Below are positions 1 through 6,639 of a stretch of 40,324 bases of DNA, piece by piece. Position 1 is the stretch's first letter; every line of letters begins with the position of its first letter. Origin of the DNA: a virus (taxonomy: Duplodnaviria; Caudoviricetes); the IMG/VR virus record IMGVR_UViG_3300027026_000023, positions 1-40,324 of that record; one strand, written 5' to 3'. Under the pieces are notes generated by a model. That model saw only the letters and a list, made by a program, of their open reading frames with translations, was not told the origin of the DNA and did no database searches. Made by a program: the position numbers and the translations under genes.

Positions 1-990
1 CTAGAAGTCGAGGGCGGAAGCCGCCTTGCGGAGGTATTCCGGGCTGAAGCGGGCGTAGACGCGGTAGGTGATCCGAGGATCCGTGTGGCCAAGGAACTGG
101 GCAATTTCGTCCATCGCCACGCCAGCTTCGGCCATCCAGACCGCCGCACTATGTCTGAGGTCGTGAGGGGTTACGTCCGAAAGCCCGGAGCGCTCGACAG
201 CCGCGGCGAACCCCTTCTTGATATTGAGAACCGGACCGCCGGCATATTCGATGACATAGGGCGTGAGCGCGGCCTCTTTGGCCTTGAGCAACTCCGAGCG
301 CAGCCGGTCGGTCATCGGCACCAGAGCGCGACCCTTGCGGTTCCGTTCGCCGACGACGGCGAGCCTGATCTGATTCCGGTCAAAGTCGACGCGATCCCAG
401 GTGAGCTGCAAAATTGCCGATTTGCGGCCGGCCGTCGACAGGGCTAGCACCATGAACAGGCGCACATGCGCCATGCCGCAGGCGTCCAGCAACTTCTGAA
501 ACTCCGCTTTCGTCAGATGTCGATCGCGTGGCGGCGGCGCTGATGGCGCCTCGAAAACCGCCCCCTGCACCCCGCGCCAATTGAGCGCCTGGCGGACGAT
601 GTTCAATTCCTTGAGAATTGTGGCATCGCTTGTGGGTCGCCCGCGCTTCCCTTCGCCCTGCAGGCGGCGAAGCTGCGCATATTCCCGACAGACTTCCCGT
701 GTGATTTGATCCGGCCGGAGATGGCCGAAGCTGGCCTTTGCTTGTTTCCAGCCATTTTCAAGGCGATCGTGATCGGCTATCCGGCCCTTCTTTTCGTCCA
801 GATAGGCCTGGACGATTTCGCCGGTGGTCGCCCCTGGAGGCGCGGCCATGGCTACACGCAGGTCGATCAGCCGGCGCTCTGCTTCCTCACGATCGTGGGT
901 ACGAAGGGAGCGTCGCTGCGTGGCGCCAGTGGCGTCTGACCAGACGGCGTACCAACTTCCCCGGTAGAGCTTGGCTCGCATTTCGGACAT
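1..990 (-). CDS. int: Tyrosine recombinase / phage integrase
   Basis: Catalytic residues R (TAGRKSAI), H-x-x-R (HDLRHS), H (LGHTD) and Y (RVYARFS); N-terminal arm-binding-like beta region; sits at the prophage end. Alternative start at 981. Confidence 0.95.
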   Translation of the reverse strand: MSEMRAKLYRGSWYAVWSDATGATQRRSLRTHDREEAERRLIDLRVAMAAPPGATTGEIVQAYLDEKKGRIADHDRLENGWKQAKASFGHLRPDQITREVCREYAQLRRLQGEGKRGRPTSDATILKELNIVRQALNWRGVQGAVFEAPSAPPPRDRHLTKAEFQKLLDACGMAHVRLFMVLALSTAGRKSAILQLTWDRVDFDRNQIRLAVVGERNRKGRALVPMTDRLRSELLKAKEAALTPYVIEYAGGPVLNIKKGFAAAVERSGLSDVTPHDLRHSAAVWMAEAGVAMDEIAQFLGHTDPRITYRVYARFSPEYLRKAASALDF

Positions 991-1148
991 TCGAATTCTC
1001 TCACGGTGGCGGCGGGAATGCGGATCAGCCTGCCGACCCGGAAGGCCTTCAGGCGTCCATTGCCTACCAGATCACGCACATGCTGCGAAGAGCAGCCCCA
1101 ACGATCGGCCAAAGTCTCGGGGGTGTAGGGGCGTTCATCCATGGTCAC
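867..1148 (-). CDS. xis: Excisionase-like winged-HTH protein
   Basis: YTPETLADRWGCSSQHVRDLVGNGRLKAFRVGRLIRIP matches the HTH_17/Xis pattern; GTGA overlap with the dnaN stop; C-terminal tail overlaps the int 5' end. Confidence 0.85.
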   Translation of the reverse strand: MTMDERPYTPETLADRWGCSSQHVRDLVGNGRLKAFRVGRLIRIPAATVREFECPKCEPSSTGEVGTPSGQTPLAPRSDAPFVPTIVRKQSAG

Positions 1149-2299
1149 ACCCGCATCGGCATGATGACGGCGCGGCGGTCATCGAGGGCAGCGCCCGTGA
1201 GCAGTATTTGCCCGCCCGCCTCGGTGATGCACATCTCGACGGTTTCGCAATCCAGGGCCGCGATCATCTCGATGAGATATTTGTAGTTCATCCCGATGAT
1301 GTCGACCGGAACCGGGGTCAGGTCCTGGTGGGCGCAGATGTCCTTGCCGGAGAAGGTGGGGTTATCGAGGTCTGTCGTGGTCAGCTCGGTTTCGCCTTTG
1401 GAGAAGGTCAGCTTGACCGGCTTTCCCTGCTTCGACACCGGCGTTCCGGTGACAGCCGCGGCTGTCTCGACGCTGGCGGCCAGGCTCTTGGCGTCATAGG
1501 CCAAGACAGGTTCACGGCCGGGCATGACCCGGCGCCAATCGGGGAAAGTGCCCTCGATCAGCTTGGTGACCATTTCCGTTGTGCCACCATTGACGCGCAT
1601 GCGATGCCCCGAGGTGCCGACGCTCAGGGTCAAGGTCTCTGTCTTGTCGAAGACCTTGCCGATCACCTGGACGGTCTTGGTGGGGATGATGATCGAGGGA
1701 ATGGCCGGCAGATCGGGCGCTGCCATATGGCGCGCCATGCCCTTGTGGCCATCGGTCGAGATGAAGACCAGGTGATCAGGGCTTTTGGCATCCGCCAGAT
1801 CGCCTGGCTGCATGGCGACACCGCAGAGATAGTAGCGCGTCTCTTCGCTGGAAACCGACACCAGGGCGGCGGCAAGGCACTGCCGGAAGGCTGGGCCGGA
1901 CAGGACGAACTCTTCGGCCTCGGACGGCTCCTGGAGCATCGGAAAGCCTTCTGCCGGCAGTGTGGGCAGATTGAATTCTGACCGGCCGGAGGTCACGCGC
2001 AGCACATCGGAATTGGGTCCGCTGCCGGCGATAGCTTCGAGCCGGGCTTCGCCGCGATCCTTGATGGCCTTGAGCGCCGCACTCAGACGGGCGGCATCGA
2101 CGCAGATCGGCCCAAGCTCGCCCTCGCAATCGATCCAGGTGTTGAGGCGGATGTCGAGATCGGTCGCGACCAGTTCCATCTTGTCGTTGCCGGCCGCAAT
2201 ATGGATGAAGCCGAGCATGGGGTTGGGGCTGCTGCGCTCGATGGCATGCCCAAGCTTGCTCACAGCCTCGGCCAGCTGGCGGGGGACAATAATGGTCAT
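1145..2299 (-). CDS. dnaN: DNA polymerase III beta subunit (sliding clamp) homolog
   Basis: 384 aa with clamp motifs ATDLDI, FNLPTLPAEGFP, ETRYYLCGV, STDGH, IIIPTK, TKLIEGTFPDWRRVMP and C-terminal VIMPMRV. Confidence 0.93.
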   Translation of the reverse strand: MTIIVPRQLAEAVSKLGHAIERSSPNPMLGFIHIAAGNDKMELVATDLDIRLNTWIDCEGELGPICVDAARLSAALKAIKDRGEARLEAIAGSGPNSDVLRVTSGRSEFNLPTLPAEGFPMLQEPSEAEEFVLSGPAFRQCLAAALVSVSSEETRYYLCGVAMQPGDLADAKSPDHLVFISTDGHKGMARHMAAPDLPAIPSIIIPTKTVQVIGKVFDKTETLTLSVGTSGHRMRVNGGTTEMVTKLIEGTFPDWRRVMPGREPVLAYDAKSLAASVETAAAVTGTPVSKQGKPVKLTFSKGETELTTTDLDNPTFSGKDICAHQDLTPVPVDIIGMNYKYLIEMIAALDCETVEMCITEAGGQILLTGAALDDRRAVIMPMRV

Positions 2300-2787
2300 G
2301 CAAGATCCTCCGGCTTGAGATCGGCAAGGCCGCTCAGTCTGCCGTCCATGGCCTTTTCGAGCTGGTAGAGGGCCTCTCGGGGCTGCTTGCGCTGCAAGCG
2401 GACGATCGCCTCATCAAGCGCGGTTAGGTCGATATCGACCTCGCCGGCGTATGTCAGGTGGAGTAAGCCATCCCACGGTTCGGGCTCGACCCAATCGTCG
2501 ATGTTGATTGCACCGGTTTGGATGCGACGCTGCAATTCATTGGCAAATTCATCGTCTGTGGTTTCCCGCAGCCAATCCGGCCGTTCATTCCACAGGGCCA
2601 GGCGCTCGCGCTCGTGGTCTCTAGCGTGATCGGAGATGGTGATCCGCACGAGGCCGACCAGCCAGCAACCGTTGTCCGGATGAACGAAGGTCCGCTGCGT
2701 TCTTGTCGAAATGCCGTCAGCGGGCTCAAGGTGCGCTTTGCACAATGGGCAGGGCCGTATCGTGGCCGCAGGCTTTTCGTGGTTCAT
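2296..2787 (-). CDS. Hypothetical protein with Lar (restriction alleviation)-like N-terminal Zn-binding domain
   Basis: RPCPLC...HPDNGC...ALWNER resembles the Lar-family pattern (KPCPFC...AWNRR); ATGA overlaps at both ends; CAGGAGG RBS. Confidence 0.6.
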   Translation of the reverse strand: MNHEKPAATIRPCPLCKAHLEPADGISTRTQRTFVHPDNGCWLVGLVRITISDHARDHERERLALWNERPDWLRETTDDEFANELQRRIQTGAINIDDWVEPEPWDGLLHLTYAGEVDIDLTALDEAIVRLQRKQPREALYQLEKAMDGRLSGLADLKPEDLA

Positions 2788-3419
2788 GCCGCCCTCCTGA
2801 GGCCAGCGCGGTGGGCGTCGCGCACCATGGCAAAGATTGCGTTGAGCATGTCCTGCTCGACATCGTCGCGCTTGCGGAACTTGATCGGCTTGCCGGGCAG
2901 GGGTTCAGCCGGCGGTATCCATTCCGGCCCCTTGCCCTGGACCGCATCGCGATACTCGGTGGCGAGGGCGCGGGCGTCGGCGATATCGACGGCCTGGGCG
3001 ATCTCGGCGCTGGGATTGGGCAGCTCGAACAGTGGATAGACCGCCTGTTCGAGAATGCGCCGTTCCACCGCGCGAATATCGAAGCCGCCGCCATAGCCGG
3101 GCGCGCCCATCAGGGCGAGGTCCTTGAGCGGTGTGGGCCAATCACGGGTGAAAGCTTCCGCCGCGTCATGCAACAGGCCATAGATGCGCCATTCCGGCCG
3201 GGGCATGGCCCTGGCGACGATCAGTGAGTGCTGGGCGACAGACAGGGGAAAGAAAGTATTGTTGGACCAGCGGCCCTCGCCGGACAGCTGATGCGCCAGG
3301 GCGCGGGCATCGATCATGTCCGGCTGGGGGTCGACAAAATCGAAGGGACGGCCGGAGGCGGTGAAGGTCCAGAAACGGAAGTCGGCCTGGGCTGTCTGGC
3401 CAAAAGGGTGGGCGCTCAT
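2784..3419 (-). CDS. HD-domain phosphohydrolase (YfbR-like, phage type)
   Basis: SVAQHS...GLLHDAAEA...PTPLK...ADARALATE motifs; start reassigned to ATG 3419 (MSAHPF), which overlaps the upstream stop (ATGA). Confidence 0.88.
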   Translation of the reverse strand: MSAHPFGQTAQADFRFWTFTASGRPFDFVDPQPDMIDARALAHQLSGEGRWSNNTFFPLSVAQHSLIVARAMPRPEWRIYGLLHDAAEAFTRDWPTPLKDLALMGAPGYGGGFDIRAVERRILEQAVYPLFELPNPSAEIAQAVDIADARALATEYRDAVQGKGPEWIPPAEPLPGKPIKFRKRDDVEQDMLNAIFAMVRDAHRAGLRRAA

Positions 3420-3544
3420 CGGAAAAATCCCATCATGGTGATGGCCAGCAGCGGTGGCACAAGGGTGAAAATCAGGGGCACAAAGGCGTTTTGGCCCCGC
3501 GCCAGCCAATTGGCGGCGCGCCAAATGATGCCGCCCGGGTTCAT
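3416..3544 (-). CDS. 42-aa putative membrane peptide (not in ORF track)
   Basis: Translates as MNPGGIIWRAANWLARGQNAFVPLIFTLVPPLLAITMMGFFR; ATGA overlaps at both ends fill the gap exactly; one hydrophobic C-terminal segment. Confidence 0.7.
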   Translation of the reverse strand: MNPGGIIWRAANWLARGQNAFVPLIFTLVPPLLAITMMGFFR

Positions 3545-3744
3545 GATGCGCTCCCGGGTGGATCGACCTCAAAGAAGGCAGCGACCTCGTCCAGGGCTTC
3601 GCGGCCCTCGATAATGATCGCCGCATTTTCCAGGCTGTGGTCGGCACAGGCATGGGCCAGATCGATCACGCGACCGATCTTTTCGATCAGCTCGGTGGCC
3701 ATGGCTTCGCTGTCCTGGTCGAAGCTGGAGAGGGTGGCGTTCAT
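3541..3744 (-). CDS. Hypothetical acidic helical protein (67 aa)
   Basis: GAGGAGGT RBS upstream; TGATG coupling to the upstream gene; protein-like composition. Confidence 0.75.
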   Translation of the reverse strand: MNATLSSFDQDSEAMATELIEKIGRVIDLAHACADHSLENAAIIIEGREALDEVAAFFEVDPPGSAS

Positions 3745-3902
3745 CACGCGACCTCCTCGGGGTGGATATCGGCGATGTGTTGTTCGACAGCTTTCGCTGT
3801 CCGGACACGCTTGCCGCAGTGGGGGCAGGGATGGTGGGCGCCGGAGCGGCTCCGCTTCTGTGTGCGACTGCCTGTGCGGCGCTTTGCGTCGGTGTCAGCC
3901 AT
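3744..3902 (-). CDS. 52-aa C2H2 zinc-finger protein (not in ORF track)
   Basis: MADTDAKRRTGSRTQKRSRSGAHHPCPHCGKRVRTAKAVEQHIADIHPEEVA; C-x2-C-x12-H-x4-H; TGATG coupling at both ends. Confidence 0.8.
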   Translation of the reverse strand: MADTDAKRRTGSRTQKRSRSGAHHPCPHCGKRVRTAKAVEQHIADIHPEEVA

Positions 3903-4321
3903 CAATGCACCTGACCCTGCATGCGCAGAAAGGCGTCGGCCAGGGTGGGCATGAGGTCGGGCCAGAGATCGTCAATCTCGCCCTTGTGCAGACCCATGGC
4001 GCTCAGGGCCTGACGCATGCTTTCCGTGCCTGGCATGCGCCGCAGAAGGCATTCGGTGGCCCGGCTCAGAAGCTGCTGACGGGTTTCAAAGCCGCGCGGA
4101 TCATCGACCTGACGCACGACAATCTTGTTGGCGGCGGCGCGGGCGGCCGGGAAATGGGTCTTGATGTCGGCGATGGTGAAATCGGCGAGGTCATCCTCGG
4201 TGGTTGGCTCGCCATCGGCGGCCTTGCCCAGAATGATGTCGCGCATCTTCGCGGCGATCGGGTGGATGCCCGGCTCGGCCGGATCAAGTGGAATGACGTT
4301 GTCGGAAGCGGACAGGTGCAT
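3902..4321 (-). CDS. Hypothetical protein, first gene of the leftward early operon (139 aa)
   Basis: ATG at 4321 preceded by GGAGGG RBS; lies just downstream of the OL operators. Confidence 0.75.
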   Translation of the reverse strand: MHLSASDNVIPLDPAEPGIHPIAAKMRDIILGKAADGEPTTEDDLADFTIADIKTHFPAARAAANKIVVRQVDDPRGFETRQQLLSRATECLLRRMPGTESMRQALSAMGLHKGEIDDLWPDLMPTLADAFLRMQGQVH

Positions 4322-4353
4322 GATGCCCTCCAGTGATGAAACTGGGGAGCATG

Positions 4354-4402
4354 GTTGCGTAGTGCGCAACTAAAGTCAAGCGAAGGTTGCGCGATGCGCA
4401 AC
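4354..4402 (-). promoter_or_regulatory. OL: two repressor operators over the leftward promoter
   Basis: GTTGCG-tagtg-CGCAAC (4354-4370) and GTTGCG-cgatg-CGCAAC (4386-4402); minus-strand CTTGAC (-35-like) lies between them at 4375-4380. Confidence 0.85.
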
Positions 4403-4411
4403 CTGAATGCG

Positions 4412-5203
4412 TTAGGGGCGACTTATGCGGCCAACAACCCGGCCGACAATCCTGAAGTCCTCGGCCAGGAGCCGCTCTTCGTCCCCAGGAGTAGCCTCGG
4501 ATATTATCCGGTACACCGGTGGCTTGGATTTGCGATCCATTTTGATGGTTTTGACCTGGAAGTTCTCGTCGCCGAACGCGATCGCGTAAATGGCGTCGGC
4601 GACCCAGTTGCTCTGTGAAACGTCCACAATGACCCGATCGCCCTCGTACAAGCGCGGCTCCATGCTGTGGCCGATCACGGGAACTATGATGGTCGTTTCT
4701 GGTTGTCCGCCCAGGCTGTGCCGCAAAAAAGATGGTGGGATCACCCATTCCGCTGCCACGGGGTGCCCGGTGGCGATGCCGTGCGTCTGGACGCGCGCGA
4801 CCGCTCCGTCGAGCTTGCCGTAACCCATGCCTCCGGCAGCGGTCGTCTCTGGAGTGCTGCCTGGCACTATGCCTCGGTACACCACTCTCCCGTCAACAAA
4901 CGCCGCACCATCGTCATCGCCGTGCGGCGTGGGCCACACATCGTCTGCGTCGGGTACGCGCTGGAGTTCATGGACCTCAGGTGGAAGGGAGTAAAGCCTG
5001 TCGGGCGACACCCCGAACAATTTGCCAAGTTTGTCCAAGTACTCGGGGGTGGGCTCCGATCGCCTCTCGCCCAGCCAGCGGGATACAACGCTTTTATCGG
5101 CCTCAGTTGCCTTGATAAGGTCGCCGGGCGAGAAGCCAAAGCTCTCACACCACTCTGGCAAGAAATGTTGGCGCCGTCGCGTTTTTGATTTGTTCCGTTG
5201 CAT
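4412..5203 (-). CDS. cI: CI-like repressor (XRE HTH + S24 autopeptidase)
   Basis: N-terminal HTH (DKSVVSRWLG), Ala-Gly cleavage-like site (TAAGG), catalytic Ser (GHSMEP) and Lys (VKTI); divergent from cro. Start placed at ATG 5203 because the longer ORF runs through the operators. Confidence 0.9.
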   Translation of the reverse strand: MQRNKSKTRRRQHFLPEWCESFGFSPGDLIKATEADKSVVSRWLGERRSEPTPEYLDKLGKLFGVSPDRLYSLPPEVHELQRVPDADDVWPTPHGDDDGAAFVDGRVVYRGIVPGSTPETTAAGGMGYGKLDGAVARVQTHGIATGHPVAAEWVIPPSFLRHSLGGQPETTIIVPVIGHSMEPRLYEGDRVIVDVSQSNWVADAIYAIAFGDENFQVKTIKMDRKSKPPVYRIISEATPGDEERLLAEDFRIVGRVVGRISRP

Positions 5204-5293
5204 GATCCGCAACCTAATGTGACTTGGCTTTGCAGTCGTTAGCGCGGTGCGCAACTTTGACTTGACGAAAGTTGCGTGATGCGCAACTACTGT
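5197..5293. promoter_or_regulatory. OR: three operators with divergent PRM-like and PR-like promoters
   Basis: GTTGCA-tgatc-CGCAAC (5197-5213), TTAGCG-cggtg-CGCAAC (5239-5255), GTTGCG-tgatg-CGCAAC (5271-5287); CTTGAC at 5261-5266; -10-like TACTGT at 5288-5293 (+) and TAGGTT at 5216-5211 (-). Confidence 0.85.
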
Positions 5294-5298
5294 CCGCC

Positions 5299-5538
5299 AT
5301 GGAACAGATTTCGCCTCTACGTGCACATCGACAGAGTGAAGGGCTGACGCTTGAGGCGCTCAGCAGTCGCTTGGGCGTGAACAAGTCAACGCTCATGCGT
5401 TGGGAAGATGGTTCGGTCCCCATACCTGCGGATCGCATCGTCGAAGTTGAGAGGGCCACCGGAATATCGCGGCACGATCTTCGGCCTGATCTGTCCAGAA
5501 TATTCGTGGAACCCCCACAAACGGTGGACCAGCCATGA
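5299..5538 (+). CDS. cro: Cro-like XRE HTH protein
   Basis: LTLEALSSRLGVNKSTLMRWEDG HTH and ATGISRHDLRPDL tail typical of the Cro/YdaS family; divergent from cI. Confidence 0.9.
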   Translation: MEQISPLRAHRQSEGLTLEALSSRLGVNKSTLMRWEDGSVPIPADRIVEVERATGISRHDLRPDLSRIFVEPPQTVDQP

Positions 5539-5566
5539 GCTGTTCCTCACTCACCAACTTCCCTTT

Positions 5567-5694
5567 GGCGCGCTTCTTCTCCTCCCTGGGCGTCGCCAAA
5601 GTCGCGGTCCTCACAACTGGCCGCGACAGGAGGCGTCCCGCGCGAAGCCAGAGACGGTCCGGTCTGTTTCGCGCGGGCGCTCTCCGCCTTTTTT
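5567..5694 (+). ncRNA. Candidate structured RNA: two hairpins with C/U-rich loops plus a terminator-like hairpin
   Basis: Stems at 5567-5597 (loop CUUCUCCUCCCU), 5601-5627 (loop CUCACAACU) and 5629-5685, followed by T6 at 5689-5694. Confidence 0.5.
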
Positions 5695-5899
5695 CGAGCT
5701 TCAACCAGAGTGGCATTGAGCGCCACCAGGTGGGGCGAGATGTCGTCTTTGTCGGTCATCGGGTTTTCCCTTGCGCCGTCGAACTTGCTGCAAATTTGCA
5801 GGAGGTCGGCGGGCTGGTCATGTGTCAGGCCGCGGCGAAAGTGACTCATGCCAGCGGTGACTCGCCTGGCTTGTTTGGCTCTGTCCCAGGACAACCGCC

Positions 5900-6376
5900 A
5901 TGCTGACCCGGTTGCAGCGTGACGAGCTCAAGGGCATTGCCGATATTGCCTTCAAGCGCGCTGGAGGAAATCTGGCCTGCTCGACCATTTCGCGCATCGA
6001 CCGGGTCGCGACTTTTTCCGACTACGTCAATCTCGAAATCGAGAACCGGGCGGTGCCGCTCGACGTCGCCATTGATGTCGATGCCTACAATCTCAGCCGC
6101 CCGGGCGGGCGCGCCTGGCTGATCGAGGCAGCAGCGCGATTTCTCGGCTTCGAATTGGTGCGAAGGCCATCGGTCAACGCCCAGTCCGCACAGGTCGAAG
6201 GGCTGATTCAATCGGCCAAGGAAAGCGCGGAAGCCATATCGGCGGGTTGGGCAGCTCTGGCGGATCACGTGGTGACGCCAGCCGAGCGCGCCGACATCAA
6301 CCGGCAGTTTGATGAGGCTGTGGTCGCGTTCCTGGAGGCCAAGGCCGCCTTCAATGCCGAGGGAGGCGAGGAATGA
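5900..6376 (+). CDS. CII-like phage regulatory protein
   Basis: Position after cro; C-terminal KESAEAISAGWAALADHVVTPAERADI resembles the P2/186 CII (Phage_CP76)-type helical domain. Confidence 0.65.
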   Translation: MLTRLQRDELKGIADIAFKRAGGNLACSTISRIDRVATFSDYVNLEIENRAVPLDVAIDVDAYNLSRPGGRAWLIEAAARFLGFELVRRPSVNAQSAQVEGLIQSAKESAEAISAGWAALADHVVTPAERADINRQFDEAVVAFLEAKAAFNAEGGEE

Positions 6377-6639
6377 GCGGTTCACGTCGCCCTCGTATCC
6401 CTTTTGACCCTTGCCTGTCGTGTCGCTTGCCGGATTGCGACGAGAGCGATCGCCGCTGCGGATTGAACCGGGCAAACTCGGAATATTCATCGCTCAAGAA
6501 GCGCGGCCGTCCAGACCAAATCCCGCAGACGGTCCGCGATGGATACAACGCCTGGTTCACCAAATGGCGCCTGGAGCGCGATGCCCGGCGCAGCGAACAG
6601 CGTCCAGCCATTTCCCATTCATCCGAGGTGCACTCATGA
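6373..6639 (+). CDS. Small basic Cys4 protein (88 aa)
   Basis: GGGAGG RBS, ATGA overlaps on both sides; C-x2-C-x4-C-x6-C cluster. Confidence 0.7.
   Translation: MSGSRRPRIPFDPCLSCRLPDCDESDRRCGLNRANSEYSSLKKRGRPDQIPQTVRDGYNAWFTKWRLERDARRSEQRPAISHSSEVHS

Noticed and set aside
2784-3419. HD protein as DatZ of a 2-aminoadenine (Z-genome) pathway
   Set aside because: No purZ, mazZ or phage DNA polymerase in the window.
5190-5300. Host LexA (GTTC-N7-GTTC) or CtrA (TTAA-N7-TTAA) boxes in the control regions
   Set aside because: No match found by eye here or at 17923-18230.
5204-5326. N-terminal extension of cI in the ORF track
   Set aside because: It crosses the operators and the cro start; the HTH begins after Met 5203.
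5535-5906. 123-aa plus-strand ORF ATGA-coupled to cro
   Set aside because: Composition is not protein-like and it runs through three hairpins and a U-tract; better explained as RNA structure or shadow of a minus-strand ORF, though not fully excluded.
6411-6635. First 75 aa of the 1014-aa ORF
   Set aside because: Overlaps the 6373-6639 gene; RBS and ATGA coupling support a start at 6636.
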